Source: Methanomicrobia archaeon (GTDB lineage: Archaea; Methanobacteriota_B; Thermococci; Methanofastidiosales; NM3). From it: 64,000 nt of DNA. Positions 11,048 to 22,188 of this stretch are shown here, one piece after another. The stretch spans positions 42,656 to 106,655 of the forward strand of contig JAUVXU010000004.1 of assembly GCA_030603445.1 (NCBI GenBank), given 5' to 3'. The position numbers and the translations under genes were made by a program. Below the pieces are notes generated by a model. It was not told where the DNA came from. It did not search any database and was given only the letters and a program-made list of their open reading frames with translations. Position 1 is the first letter of the stretch, and every line of letters starts with the position of its first letter.

Positions 11048-12163
11048 ATGGAAGAAAAAATCACTGTATCAATAATCAAGGCAGATGTAGGCGGATGGCC
11101 AGGACACGCACTAGTCCATCCGGAACTTATGTCTGTTGCCCGAAAAGAACTAGAAAAAGTAAAGGGCAAGCTACTTATTGACTATCACGTGGCCAACTGC
11201 GGTGACGACCTCGAGCTCATAATGACGCACCGCAGGGGTACTGATGACGAGGAGGTCCACCGACTTGCATGGGAAACATTTGAGACGGCCACTAAAAAAG
11301 CAGAAGAATTAAAATTATACGGTGCAGGACAGGACCTGTTATCTGATGCATTTTCCGGCAACATAAAAGGGATGGGGCCAGGAGTTGCAGAACTTGAGTT
11401 TATCGAGAGAAGGGGCGAACCCATCGTGGCTTTTCTCATGGACAAGACCGAGCCAGGGGCATTTAATCTCCCTATATTCAAAATGTTTGGCGACCCTTTC
11501 AATACCATCGGCCTCGTGATAGACCCAAGTGCCCATGCAGGATTCAGATTCGAGGTATGGGACATCTATGAGCACAAGCGAGTCTTTATGGACTGCCCAG
11601 AGGAGATGTACTCACTTCTTGCATTAATAGGGGCAAAATCCCGTTATGTCATAAAGAGGATATTCCCAAAACCGGGAGGAAGTCTCCCAGACAACGAAGC
11701 AGTTGCGGCCATCTCAACTGAGAAGCTCTATGAGATAGCTGGCGATTATGTTGGAAAGGATGATCCCGTGGCACTCGTACGTGCACAATCCGGTCTGCCG
11801 GCTCTTGGTGAGGTCCTAGAACCATTCTCATTCCCGCACCTTGTTTCAGGGTGGATGAGGGGAAGCCACAACGGACCGATAATGCCTGTTGCACAGCGTA
11901 ATGCCGTATGCACAAGATTCGACGGGCCGCCACGCGTGGTAGCTCTTGGATTCCAGATTGCAAACGGCAGGCTTGTAGGGCCAGTAGACCTATTTGACGA
12001 CCCGGGATTTGACAATGCCAGGAGTTTAGCAAAGGATGCAGCAGACTACATGCGCCGACACGGCCCATTTGAACCCCACAGGCTTCCGCTCTCTGAGATG
12101 GAATACACCACCATGCCAAAAGTGCTTGGAAAACTAAAAAATAGGTTCAAGTCTGTAAAGTAG
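11048..12163 (+). CDS. fbp: Bifunctional fructose-1,6-bisphosphate aldolase/phosphatase (class V FBPase)
   Basis: KADVGG, YGAGQDLL, DKTEPGAFN, YVGKDDP, GWMRGSH motifs. Confidence 0.97.
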   Translation: MEEKITVSIIKADVGGWPGHALVHPELMSVARKELEKVKGKLLIDYHVANCGDDLELIMTHRRGTDDEEVHRLAWETFETATKKAEELKLYGAGQDLLSDAFSGNIKGMGPGVAELEFIERRGEPIVAFLMDKTEPGAFNLPIFKMFGDPFNTIGLVIDPSAHAGFRFEVWDIYEHKRVFMDCPEEMYSLLALIGAKSRYVIKRIFPKPGGSLPDNEAVAAISTEKLYEIAGDYVGKDDPVALVRAQSGLPALGEVLEPFSFPHLVSGWMRGSHNGPIMPVAQRNAVCTRFDGPPRVVALGFQIANGRLVGPVDLFDDPGFDNARSLAKDAADYMRRHGPFEPHRLPLSEMEYTTMPKVLGKLKNRFKSVK

Positions 12164-12173
12164 GTGAATTTAC

Positions 12174-12842
12174 TTGAAAGGGCCTCTTATCATAGTGAAC
12201 TTCAAGGCATACGAAAATGTATGCGGTGCACAAGGGCTCGCCCTTGCCGCAACTTGCGAGAAGGTAGGAAAAGAGACAGGGATAACAATAGTTGCCTGTC
12301 CGCAGATGGTTGATCTCGCCCTTACCGTAACGCACGTCACATCTCCGGTATGGGCGCAGGGATTAAATTCTGTTTCCCCGGGAGGACGCACAGGCCACAC
12401 CACCATAGAAGCACTAGTAGGTGCAGGGGCAAAAGGCACGCTAATAAATCACAGCGAGAATCGGGAAATGCTCTTTGACATAGACGCAATCGTAAAATCC
12501 TGCAAAAAAAACAATATCGCCTCTTGTGTATGCACAAACAACATTGACGTATCATGCTCCGCTGCCATGCTGGGCCCAGATTTTGTTGCAATAGAACCGC
12601 CGGAGCTTATAGGGGGCGACATTTCCGTAACAACAGCCGACCCGAAGATAGTATCTGCCACAGTAAAACGTGTAAAAGAGATAAACAAGAATGTGGAAGT
12701 GCTTTGTGGTGCTGGTGTCAAGAACGCCCAGGACGTTAAAGCTGCTCTCGAACTTGGGGCAAAAGGCGTGCTGCTCGCATCTGGTGTTGTAAAAGCAAAA
12801 GACCCCAAAACCGTGCTGCGTGACCTAGCCTCAGCGATGTAA
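12174..12842 (+). CDS. tpiA: Triosephosphate isomerase (archaeal type)
   Basis: VNFKAY, NHSE, IEPPELIG, CGAGV, LLASG. Confidence 0.96.
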   Translation: MKGPLIIVNFKAYENVCGAQGLALAATCEKVGKETGITIVACPQMVDLALTVTHVTSPVWAQGLNSVSPGGRTGHTTIEALVGAGAKGTLINHSENREMLFDIDAIVKSCKKNNIASCVCTNNIDVSCSAAMLGPDFVAIEPPELIGGDISVTTADPKIVSATVKRVKEINKNVEVLCGAGVKNAQDVKAALELGAKGVLLASGVVKAKDPKTVLRDLASAM

Positions 12843-13334
12843 GCACGAATAGATCGTTGCAGGAATAAAGCCAATTGCACTGCATGTTTCAAATGGTATC
12901 CCTTGGCCGGTTATGTCAAGATGGTACCTGCCCTTTTTCTTTATCTTATTTGGAAGGCCCTTTCTCCCAAGGCCAACGATAAAGTTAGCCTTTAGCCTCC
13001 CATTCCTTATCATTTCTATAAGTTCCCCTACCTCGATACGCTTGTCGCTATCTGGTTTGGATGTTGTTATGATGGTCTCCTGGGGAAGCGTGATATCATT
13101 ACTATAGAAGAATTCCTGGCGGGAAGCTAAAATCTCAAGAAAACGCCCTCCCTCACCTATAGTGGTGTTTCCCACGACCTCTTTTAGCGGGTCCTTAAAA
13201 GGAAATCCAAGAAGGCACAGATTAAAGCCTGTGGCATAGCACACTGGTGCTGCGCGAGCAATGCTTCTTAGGTGTATATCATGGGGCCTGTTCTTATCAT
13301 AAGAATTGTACAATGACAAAGTAAAATTTTTCAT
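12831..13334 (-). CDS. DUF531-family protein (predicted SPOUT-class methyltransferase)
   Basis: LYNSYD, RSIARAAP, TTIGEGG, GLGRKGLP, DIT...FETC. Confidence 0.8.
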   Translation of the reverse strand: MKNFTLSLYNSYDKNRPHDIHLRSIARAAPVCYATGFNLCLLGFPFKDPLKEVVGNTTIGEGGRFLEILASRQEFFYSNDITLPQETIITTSKPDSDKRIEVGELIEMIRNGRLKANFIVGLGRKGLPNKIKKKGRYHLDITGQGIPFETCSAIGFIPATIYSCLHR

Positions 13335-13503
13335 AACAATATTCCATTTATCTCATATTTATATAATAATGGGTAACGTATAAAGGGACAATGACAAATA
13401 TTACGGAAGAAAATAGATAATTTATCTTCTCCAAAACAAATGGGTTCTGTGTTCAGCAATCAAAAAAATAGAGAAGTAAAAAAGAATAGAAAGTAAAGCT
13501 AGA

Positions 13504-15042
13504 TCAGACGCATTCGCATCCTAATGCTTCGCTTATGTTCTCCATTAGTTTTATTGCCTTTACAAGCTCGCCGTTAGAGTAGATCGGGTTTGAAAGAGAT
13601 GCTGCGTTTGCCATGTGTTCTTGTGCTTGCCCAATCATTTCCTGGACGTCTTCAGGTATCTCTTCGGGGAGGTTTTCAGCAATGCAGCTCCATATTGTGT
13701 TTGCCTGTATCAGATGATAGTTCATTAATGGTTTGAATGTCATTACCGAGACACCTGCACTTCTCACCTCATCAACGCCCATGTCAAATCCCCCTCTCAA
13801 GGGCCTTATGTCTCCTTCCATGTCTGTGTAGACCCCTGCATCCGTGCCAGTATCGATGCACGGGGAGCCTTTCTGAAGATGGACATCTCCAGTCGCCGCA
13901 TCAACGAACAGAGGATCAGCGTCGATGTTGCCTGTCCCAATGTAACCTCCCTCTACGTCGGAGTAAGTGACATTTGGAGAAGAGTAGTAGTCGTAAAATT
14001 CATTAGATAAATCCCCCCACAGGATGCAGTTGGTGACTATTGGCGATGAGTAGTCGTTGAACATTCCGCCGCCGGCATTAGCTGAATTGCCGGTGAAAGT
14101 GCAGTTGGTGAGGGTTGGGGAGGACATGGCAGCGTTGTACATTCCGCCGCCGGTGTAGGCTAAATTATCGCTGAAGATGCAGTTGGTGAGGGTTGGGGAG
14201 GAGTCCCCGTTGTACATTCCGCCGCCGTTGTAGGCTGAATTGCCGCTGAAGATGCAGTTGGTGAGGGTTGGGGAAGATTCGTAGTTGCGCATTCCGCCGC
14301 CTTCATAAATGGCTGTATTGCCTGTGAAGGTGCAGTTGGTGAGGGTTGTGGATGAGTCATCGTCGTTGCGCATTCCGCCGCCTTCATCAAAGGCTTCATT
14401 GCCTGTGAAGGTGCAGTTGGTGAGGGTTGTGGATGAGTCATCGTCATTGTACATTCCGCCGCCATCGTCATAAGCTGTATTACTGCTGAAAGTGCAGTTG
14501 GTGAGGGTTGTGGATGAGTCATTGTCATTGTACATTCCGCCGCCATCTTCATAGGCTTCATTGCCTGTGAAGGTGCAGTTGGTGAGGGTTGGGGAGGAGT
14601 AGTTGTTGTTGTACATTCCGCCGCCATGACCATCAGCCTCATTACCGCTGAAAGTGCAGTTAGTGATTGTTGGAGATGAATTGTCGTTGTACATTCCGCC
14701 GCCGTCGCTGATAGTGACTGATCCGTTTGTGATTTTAAAGCCGCTTAGCACCGTCGTGCTGCCTACGCCAGTAGCTGTCACCACAGTACCGCTTCCGCCG
14801 CCGTCAATTGTAGTTACGGACGCGCCATCTCCTATAAGCGCCACTCCGTCCTCAAGCTCGATGTTCTCATAGTACGTTCCTGCATGCACATAGATTGTAT
14901 CTCCACTAGAAGCTGCATCTATTGCATCTTGGATGGAACCACCTGAATATACATGGTAGTCTACTGCACTCACAGTATTGACTGCAGATAGTAAAGAGAA
15001 CAAAAACATGATTGCTATAATTAGAACTTTAATTTTTTTCAT
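13504..15042 (-). CDS. Secreted right-handed parallel beta-helix repeat protein
   Basis: Signal peptide, SIQDAIDAA..GDTIYVHAGTY cap, about 9 SPTLTNCTF-GN-A-GGGMYN repeats, DPLF...SPCIDTG...DMG motif, helical C-terminal tail. Confidence 0.9.
   Translation of the reverse strand: MKKIKVLIIAIMFLFSLLSAVNTVSAVDYHVYSGGSIQDAIDAASSGDTIYVHAGTYYENIELEDGVALIGDGASVTTIDGGGSGTVVTATGVGSTTVLSGFKITNGSVTISDGGGMYNDNSSPTITNCTFSGNEADGHGGGMYNNNYSSPTLTNCTFTGNEAYEDGGGMYNDNDSSTTLTNCTFSSNTAYDDGGGMYNDDDSSTTLTNCTFTGNEAFDEGGGMRNDDDSSTTLTNCTFTGNTAIYEGGGMRNYESSPTLTNCIFSGNSAYNGGGMYNGDSSPTLTNCIFSDNLAYTGGGMYNAAMSSPTLTNCTFTGNSANAGGGMFNDYSSPIVTNCILWGDLSNEFYDYYSSPNVTYSDVEGGYIGTGNIDADPLFVDAATGDVHLQKGSPCIDTGTDAGVYTDMEGDIRPLRGGFDMGVDEVRSAGVSVMTFKPLMNYHLIQANTIWSCIAENLPEEIPEDVQEMIGQAQEHMANAASLSNPIYSNGELVKAIKLMENISEALGCECV
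14020..14705 (-). repeat. Intragenic tandem repeat, roughly 69-75 bp unit, about 9 copies
   Basis: Recurring gtgcagttggtgagggttg and cattccgccgcc blocks on the + strand. Confidence 0.9.
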
Positions 15043-15293
15043 ATTACTCTCTCCCCATTTTTGGATTTGTATAACATTAAATAAATGTTTCTAATGAAAA
15101 GGAGAATTTGTACAATATAGTATGTGATATCTTTAATATAAAATTCATGTTTAAATAAGAATATATGGTTTAAAAGAACTATATTTATTATTTATCGCTT
15201 TGAATCCTTTATACAATATTCAAAAAAGGAATTACAAAAATTATTTAAATAACAGTTCCCCGCTAAAACTAATGATATATAGGAGAATTTCTA

Positions 15294-16856
15294 ATGCCAG
15301 AAGTGAAGAACGCCGATGAGCTTTTTAAAGATTTCAAAGCACAAAGCGTCTCGGAATTTTTTAAGAAAAACGCCGCGATGTTAGGTTACACTGGAAAAAT
15401 CCGCAGCCTTACCACAATAGTCCATGAAGGCATTACAAACGCCCTTGACGCATGCGAGGAAGCAGGGATACTGCCAGACCTATACGTAAAGATAGACGAA
15501 CTCGGACAAGAGCATTACAAAGTTACCATAGAAGACAATGCATCCGGGATACCCCTGGTGTATATCCCTCAGGTGTTTGGACGCATGCTTGCAGGTTCAA
15601 AAGCGCACCGTAACGTCCAATCGAGAGGACAGCAGGGAATTGGCGTTTCCGGTGCAGTTATGTTTTCCCAAGTCACTACTGGAAAATCAACCAAGGTGCT
15701 AACATCCACAGGAAATAAATATATCTTTAAAGGGCGCGTTCAGCTTAACGTCAAGCAAAATGTGGGGGAAATAGTAGAGAAGGAAAAGATCCAAAACAAA
15801 TGGAAATGGACCGGCACGATAATCTCATTAGAGGCAAAGAGAGTCTTGTATAACAAGTCACGCTATTCGCCATTTAATTATTTGCGCATGACTTCTATAG
15901 CAAATCCGCATGCACGAATCACCTTTATAGAACCAGACGGAACACGCATCGTGTTTGATAGGGGTACGGACATTATGCCAAAACCCCCTCAGCCAATCAA
16001 ACCCCACCCCTATGGCATCACTCCTGATGACTTAATAACAATGTCTGAAAATTCCAGCAAAGCCAATCTATCACAATTCTTGGAGAAGGATTTTGTTCGC
16101 ATCTCCTCTGGAAAAGTGGCAGAAATAGGGCGCCAATCCGGCATATCCATGAAAACGAGCACAAAGCGCCTCTCATGGGGCGATGCAGAAAAAATAGTAA
16201 ATGCATTTAACAATATCAAGTTCTTCGCACCACCAACAGGGGGCCTTTGCCCAATAGGTGGCGATGAAATAAGAAAAGGACTGGAAACAACCCTTGTCCC
16301 GGAGTTTTGCTATACGATTACTCGGCCCCCCCAAACGTATCATGGAGGGATACTCTTCATAGCAGAGGTGGGGATAGCCTACGGGGGAAATGCTGGCAGG
16401 CAGGGCATAGAGATAATACGCTATGCGAACAGGGCCCCGCTCATATTTGACCAGGGAGGATGCGGAATAACCGAGGCAATAAAAAGCATCGACTGGAAAA
16501 GATATGGCATACGCGACCTTGAAAAAGTTCCCCTGACGATCTTTATCAACATAGTCTCAACACACGTGCCGTATACCTCTGCAGGAAAGCAGGCCATAGC
16601 TTACAAAGAGGAGATATACAATGAAATCCGCAATGCACTAATGGATGGGGGAAGGGCACTTTCCCGGCACTTGGCCGGAAAAAGAAGGCTTTATGAGAAA
16701 AAATCCAAGATGAACACCTTGCTTAAGTATGTGCCAGAGACCGCAGCGGCACTAGCCCACCTAACAACTGGCGATAAAGCCCGTATAGAGGAAAAATTAG
16801 CATCCATCATCACAGAAAAATATGTGGTGCCTGAAGTGGAGGAAGAAGATGAATAA
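15294..16856 (+). CDS. top6B: DNA topoisomerase VI subunit B
   Basis: [31 protein letters not shown] motifs, [14 protein letters not shown]. Confidence 0.97.
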   Translation: MPEVKNADELFKDFKAQSVSEFFKKNAAMLGYTGKIRSLTTIVHEGITNALDACEEAGILPDLYVKIDELGQEHYKVTIEDNASGIPLVYIPQVFGRMLAGSKAHRNVQSRGQQGIGVSGAVMFSQVTTGKSTKVLTSTGNKYIFKGRVQLNVKQNVGEIVEKEKIQNKWKWTGTIISLEAKRVLYNKSRYSPFNYLRMTSIANPHARITFIEPDGTRIVFDRGTDIMPKPPQPIKPHPYGITPDDLITMSENSSKANLSQFLEKDFVRISSGKVAEIGRQSGISMKTSTKRLSWGDAEKIVNAFNNIKFFAPPTGGLCPIGGDEIRKGLETTLVPEFCYTITRPPQTYHGGILFIAEVGIAYGGNAGRQGIEIIRYANRAPLIFDQGGCGITEAIKSIDWKRYGIRDLEKVPLTIFINIVSTHVPYTSAGKQAIAYKEEIYNEIRNALMDGGRALSRHLAGKRRLYEKKSKMNTLLKYVPETAAALAHLTTGDKARIEEKLASIITEKYVVPEVEEEDE

Positions 16857-17922
16857 GACTGACAAAAAGCTGCAGAATATGGCCAAAAAAGTGGTGAAGC
16901 AGATAGAAAACAAGAACGCCCCTTCAATAGATATACCCCAGCGAGGCTTATCAAACGTCTTCTTCGATGAAAATGAACGCATCCTGAAAATAGGGGATAA
17001 GACATCAAAACGGACGTTTATCAACATCGCCCACACTAAAAAGTTTATGCAGACCATGCTTGTAAGCTCATACGCACAGCGCCTGGTGCGCGACGAGAAG
17101 CATGCAGGAATAAGGGAGCTGTACTATGCACTCAAACACTCCGTAGGGACAGGAAAGGAGAACACATTTGAGGACCAGTCAGAATCCAACATGGTAATAG
17201 AGGACCTGGAGCGTATGCTTGATGTTTTACGCGAACAGCTTAACCTCACGGCCGACAGGAGGGGGTTTATCTACGGCGATATAGTGATAGTTGATAACGG
17301 CGACAGATTCAACGCATCGAAACTTGGAAGAGGGGGCTGGTCGGTCCCTGGAAACATAGAAGACATAAAGTTCAAGAAATCAAACGTTGACTACATTTTG
17401 TGTGTAGAAACGGCGGCCATGTCCGATCGCCTAATAGAAGAAAAATTCCCGACAAAAAACAACTGCCTGTTGATTGCCTGTCAGGGGCAGGCACCGCGCG
17501 GCATACGCAGATTACTATCGCGACTTCATACAGAAAACGACCTGCCGGTAGTGGTATTCACAGATGGCGACCCATATGGTTGGTACATCTACTCCACAAT
17601 CAAGCAAGGCTCCATAAATCTCGCATACTTATCAAACACCCTTAGCGTGCCTAAAGCCAAGTTCGTGGGCATGACAATGGATGATATAGAAACGTATGAT
17701 TTAAGAGGAGTGACGGAAAAATTAAAAGACCTTGACAAGAAGAGAATCGAGGAAGAATTAAAATATCCGTGGTTTAAGCATAAGAAATGGCAAAAACAGC
17801 TCAATAAATGCAAGAAGATGGGCGTAAGGATCGAACAGCAGGCACTTGCAAATAAATCACTCGATTTTGTTGCAAGAGAGTACCTGCCAGAAAAAATAGA
17901 AGCAAAGGACTTCCTTCCATAA
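16849..17922 (+). CDS. top6A: DNA topoisomerase VI subunit A
   Basis: RELYY catalytic Tyr, Q-ES, Toprim VE and TDGDPYG; start set at ATG 16849 overlapping the top6B end. Confidence 0.97.
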   Translation: MNKTDKKLQNMAKKVVKQIENKNAPSIDIPQRGLSNVFFDENERILKIGDKTSKRTFINIAHTKKFMQTMLVSSYAQRLVRDEKHAGIRELYYALKHSVGTGKENTFEDQSESNMVIEDLERMLDVLREQLNLTADRRGFIYGDIVIVDNGDRFNASKLGRGGWSVPGNIEDIKFKKSNVDYILCVETAAMSDRLIEEKFPTKNNCLLIACQGQAPRGIRRLLSRLHTENDLPVVVFTDGDPYGWYIYSTIKQGSINLAYLSNTLSVPKAKFVGMTMDDIETYDLRGVTEKLKDLDKKRIEEELKYPWFKHKKWQKQLNKCKKMGVRIEQQALANKSLDFVAREYLPEKIEAKDFLP

Positions 17923-17931
17923 GGTGTAAAC

Positions 17932-20900
17932 ATGAAGCAGATCAAAGAAGGCTACAATTCAGATACCGTTGAGAAAAACGTTATGACCTATTGGGAAGAC
18001 CATGACATCATTAACAAGTACATGGCCAAGAAAGGCAAGACCTGGTATTGGTGCGACGGGCCGCCCTATGTTACAGGGGCCATACACCTAGGCACGGCAT
18101 GGAACAAGATGATAAAGGACACGGTGCTAAGATACAAGACCATGAAGGGGTACTCCCCCACGCTGCAACCAGGTTTTGATATGCATGGGCTTCCAATAGA
18201 AGTAAAAGTAGAAGAAATGCTAAATCTTGAAACAAAAAAAGACATTGAGGACAAGATAGGCACCGACGCGTTTATTAAAAAATGCAAAGAGTTCGCAATA
18301 GAAAACATGAATAGGATGATTACGCAGTTCAAGGACATTGGCTGCTGGATGGAATGGGACAGGCCGTACATGCCCATCAAGGATGAGTATATAGAATCCG
18401 GATGGTACACCCTTAAGAAAGCATGGGAAAAAGACCTCTTCTTTAGGGACAAGCGTGTGACGCACTGGTGCCCCCGTTGTGAGACCGCACTTGCCGAACA
18501 CGAGGTGCGAGGCGAACACAAGATGGTTGAAGACCCGTCCATATTCGTGAAGTTCAAGCTTTATGACAGAGAGAACGAATACCTGCTGATATGGACCACC
18601 ACCCCATGGACGCTTCCTGCAAACCTGGCAGTTGCGGTTCATCCGGACTTTGACTATGTGGAGGTCATGGTAGAAGACGAAACATGGATTGTTGCAGAAA
18701 GCCTTCTAAAGCAAGTTTTCTCCCAGCTTAAACTAGACTATACTGTCGTAGGCTACCTCAAAGGAAAAGATATGGAAGGGTGGCGCTACGAACACCCCTT
18801 ACTGGATGAGAATCCCACACAAAAGAAGTTCTTTGATGAAAACAAAGCGTACCACTCTGTGATACTTGGCGAGCATGTGACTCTAGAAGATGGTACAGGG
18901 TGTGTGCATACTGCACCTGGTTTTGGTGCTGAAGACCACGAGATGGGTAAAAAGTACGGCTTGACGGCCTACTCGCCCATAGATGACCTCGGAAAGCTTA
19001 CAGACTCCAAGTACGAGGGACTGTTCATAAAGGATGCAGACCCCCTCATAATTACAGACTTAACAAAGAAAGGACTTATGGTAAGGTCATCAACAATTAC
19101 CCACAAATACCCATTCTGCTGGCGCTGCAAAAGCCCGCTTATATTCAAGGCAACTAAACAGTGGTTTTTGGATATAACAAAGATAAAGCCCCAAATAATA
19201 GAAAAGAACAAGAAAGTTGAGTGGATCCCTGGCTGGGTGCACAAGCGCTACGAGAACGGCGTGGACAACGTAGGCGACTGGTGCATCTCAAGACAGCGTT
19301 ACTGGGGCATGCCCCTGCCTATATGGATGTGTGAGAAAGGGCACTACATATGTGTTGGTTCAAGGGAGGAAATGGAAGAGCGGACGATAAACGACGCCAA
19401 GGTACCTGAGCTTCACCGCCCATATGTGGATGAGGTGATCATGGCCTGTCCAGAATGCGGCAAAGATATGCACCGCGTAAAGGACATAGTCGATGTCTGG
19501 TTTGACTCCTCGATTGCATCCTGGGCCTCGCTCCACTATCCCCATGACAAAAAGCTTTTTGAAAAAATATGGCCTGCAGAATATATTGTGGAAGGAAACG
19601 ATCAGGTGACCAAGTGGTTCTATGCACAGCAGGCGGCATCTGTGATAACGTTTGGGGAAGTTCCATACAAACGCGTTCAGATGCATGGATTTGTCTATGA
19701 TGCATGCGGGGACGCAATGCACAAGTCCACAGGAAACGCAATAGCGCCAGAAGATGCAGTTGAGAGGGAAGGCAGGGACATATTCAGATTCTTCTCGCTC
19801 TGGCACCAGCAGCCTTCTGACGACCTTAAATTTTCATGGGAGGATATTTCCAGCGTGCGCAGGATGGCAACAATCCTTTGGAACGTTTACAAATTCACAA
19901 CAACGTACATGGCCCTTGACAACTATGATGTCTCGACCAAGTATGATGCGATAAAAGGTGCGCTGCGCATGGAGGACAGATGGCTGATATCACGCATTAA
20001 CAGCGTTAATGCCCAGGTTGGGTCTGCCATGGAGGAATACATGTTCCACAAAGCGGCAAGACCGATAATGGACTTCATCGTAGAGGACCTCTCCAGGTGG
20101 TATGTACGCTTGGTCCGATCACGCACATGGAAGGAGGGAGACGATTCGGACAAGCTGGCAGCATACTTCACGCTCCACTATGCACTTGTAAAACTTTCAA
20201 AGATCGGGGCCCCGCTCATGCCCTACTTAAGCGAGGAGATATACCGGAATTTTTCCAGTGAAAAGGAATCCGTGCATCTTGAGTCTTTTCCTATAGAGGA
20301 TGCGACGCTTATCAACACGCAGCTTGAAGAAGAGATGGCCTATGCAAGGAAGATAGTTGATGCATGCGCCAACGCCCGCCAAAAAGGCGAGATAAAACAG
20401 CGCTGGCCTGTCTCAGAGATAATAGTTGAAAGCGATAACGTCGTTGTTGAGAAAGCGATAAACGATTTGGGGAATGTGCTAAAGGAGCAGATAAACACCA
20501 AGATAATAAAAATAGGGCACGTGAAACGCGCATTTGACGCAAAGCCAAACTACAAGAAACTTGGCCCAAAGTTCAAGGGCGATGCAAAGAACGTGGCAGA
20601 TGCCATAATAGCTGCCGACCAGAACGCCATGATAAGGGACATTCAGACCGCAGGCACATCAACTGTAGGGAAGTTTACCATCGATTCTGATGACATTACT
20701 TTGGAGGAGTGCGTCCCTAGCGGATGGCAGGCTTCAGAGACGGACTTTGGAACGGTGTTTATAAATACTGTGATAACAGATGATCTTCGCTCCGAAGCAA
20801 TGGCAAGAGAGCTCATAAGAAGGATACAGGAAATGCGAAAAGAACAAAATCTCAACGTCGAGGATATGATAACTACTCATATTGATTGCGACTTCGCAGA

Positions 20901-21042
20901 TATGGTGCGCACGCAGATAGACCACATGGCAAACGAAACACGCTCAAGCACCATCACACTTGGAGAAGGCAACAATGGCTACTTCAAGGAGTGGAGCATC
21001 GATAAAAACATCGCAAGGATATGGATTGAAAAGAGAGCATGA
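17932..21042 (+). CDS. ileS: Isoleucine--tRNA ligase
   Basis: DGPPY..HLG, WTTTPWTLP, GTGCVHTAP, DWCISRQRYWG, MHKS (KMSKS-like). Confidence 0.97.
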   Translation: MKQIKEGYNSDTVEKNVMTYWEDHDIINKYMAKKGKTWYWCDGPPYVTGAIHLGTAWNKMIKDTVLRYKTMKGYSPTLQPGFDMHGLPIEVKVEEMLNLETKKDIEDKIGTDAFIKKCKEFAIENMNRMITQFKDIGCWMEWDRPYMPIKDEYIESGWYTLKKAWEKDLFFRDKRVTHWCPRCETALAEHEVRGEHKMVEDPSIFVKFKLYDRENEYLLIWTTTPWTLPANLAVAVHPDFDYVEVMVEDETWIVAESLLKQVFSQLKLDYTVVGYLKGKDMEGWRYEHPLLDENPTQKKFFDENKAYHSVILGEHVTLEDGTGCVHTAPGFGAEDHEMGKKYGLTAYSPIDDLGKLTDSKYEGLFIKDADPLIITDLTKKGLMVRSSTITHKYPFCWRCKSPLIFKATKQWFLDITKIKPQIIEKNKKVEWIPGWVHKRYENGVDNVGDWCISRQRYWGMPLPIWMCEKGHYICVGSREEMEERTINDAKVPELHRPYVDEVIMACPECGKDMHRVKDIVDVWFDSSIASWASLHYPHDKKLFEKIWPAEYIVEGNDQVTKWFYAQQAASVITFGEVPYKRVQMHGFVYDACGDAMHKSTGNAIAPEDAVEREGRDIFRFFSLWHQQPSDDLKFSWEDISSVRRMATILWNVYKFTTTYMALDNYDVSTKYDAIKGALRMEDRWLISRINSVNAQVGSAMEEYMFHKAARPIMDFIVEDLSRWYVRLVRSRTWKEGDDSDKLAAYFTLHYALVKLSKIGAPLMPYLSEEIYRNFSSEKESVHLESFPIEDATLINTQLEEEMAYARKIVDACANARQKGEIKQRWPVSEIIVESDNVVVEKAINDLGNVLKEQINTKIIKIGHVKRAFDAKPNYKKLGPKFKGDAKNVADAIIAADQNAMIRDIQTAGTSTVGKFTIDSDDITLEECVPSGWQASETDFGTVFINTVITDDLRSEAMARELIRRIQEMRKEQNLNVEDMITTHIDCDFADMVRTQIDHMANETRSSTITLGEGNNGYFKEWSIDKNIARIWIEKRA

Positions 21043-21049
21043 TCTTTTT

Positions 21050-22150
21050 TCATCTTTTTCTTCTTTTATCCCCTGATTTAGAGGGAGGATTAAATATTTT
21101 CTCATCGACCGCCACCCCCAACCCAGGTTCGTAAGCTGGCTGGATAATACCTTTTTTTATCTTTATGCCTGTTGCAGGCTGATGCTTAAGGAATATAAAC
21201 GTGTCAAGGTCGGCAAACTTCACGTTGCTGCATGCAAGTGCGACATGAAGCGATGCTGCTATTGATATGGCGGTCTCGGCCATGCAACCCATCATGCATG
21301 GTACGCCATATGCCTGTGCCATTGCGACCATCTTAATAGCAGAGGATATTCCTCCGAACCGATTCATCTTGATGTTTGCAATATGCATTGCCTTTTTCTG
21401 CAGCACTTCAGGGAACTGATCGAAGCTATGTATAACTTCGTCTCCTGCAATGCGAAGCGGTGAGGATAATGTTACCTTGGCCATCTCATCAAGGGTCTGT
21501 ACAGGCTGTTCGATAAACTCTATTCCCAGGGAATTTATATCATTGGCAAGCTTTATGGCATCAGCCGTTCCCATGGCGCCGTTGGCATCGCACCTTATCG
21601 TGATGTCGCTTCCGACCTGGTCGCGAACCCCCTGGAGCACCTCTAGACTTAAGGCAGGGTCGCTGTCCAATTTTACCTTTAGTATATCAAAACCCTTTCT
21701 GACCCAAAATGCCGCATCCTTGTACATTGCCTCAGGTTGTGCCAAACCAATTGTCACAGATGTTGCAATCTTCGGCTTGTCATAACCCCAAAGCTCATAG
21801 AGGGGTGCATTGTATTTTTTCCCCAGTATGTCCCACAATGCAATGTTAAAAGCAGACTTTACTGAAGGATTGTGGTAGGTAAGTGATGAAAATGCGGCAT
21901 CCAGATGCTCAATTCGTGCAGGATTTTTCCCAATAATCGCTTTTGAAAACAGTTCTGCGCACTGCATGGAGCTCCTATTGTCCTCGTTGGTAAGGGATGT
22001 TGGGTGGCCGCAGCCGTATCCTGTTATGTCAGTATCTGTCTTTATGCGCACAAAAAGGCATGTGGAATTTGATACACCGCCGCTGGCCGTCTTGAATGCG
22101 GCGTCCAAAGGGACCTTGCGGTATATATAATCTACACTTTCTATCTTCAC
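21050..22150 (-). CDS. Dipeptide epimerase (L-Ala-D/L-Glu epimerase-like, enolase superfamily)
   Basis: KVK, DAN, EQP, DE, NIK, GCM-E and DLD motifs. Confidence 0.85.
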   Translation of the reverse strand: MKIESVDYIYRKVPLDAAFKTASGGVSNSTCLFVRIKTDTDITGYGCGHPTSLTNEDNRSSMQCAELFSKAIIGKNPARIEHLDAAFSSLTYHNPSVKSAFNIALWDILGKKYNAPLYELWGYDKPKIATSVTIGLAQPEAMYKDAAFWVRKGFDILKVKLDSDPALSLEVLQGVRDQVGSDITIRCDANGAMGTADAIKLANDINSLGIEFIEQPVQTLDEMAKVTLSSPLRIAGDEVIHSFDQFPEVLQKKAMHIANIKMNRFGGISSAIKMVAMAQAYGVPCMMGCMAETAISIAASLHVALACSNVKFADLDTFIFLKHQPATGIKIKKGIIQPAYEPGLGVAVDEKIFNPPSKSGDKRRKR

Positions 22151-22188
22151 ATGAGGGGATACTATGTGCAGATTTAAAACATTTTGCG

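Noticed and set aside
10918..11181. 87-aa ORF upstream of fbp
   Set aside because: It spans the divergent promoter region and overlaps fbp out of frame.
14020..14705. Regularly spaced repeats that could be mistaken for a CRISPR array
   Set aside because: The units are in-frame coding repeats of a beta-helix protein, with degenerate repeats, no unique spacers and no cas genes in the window.
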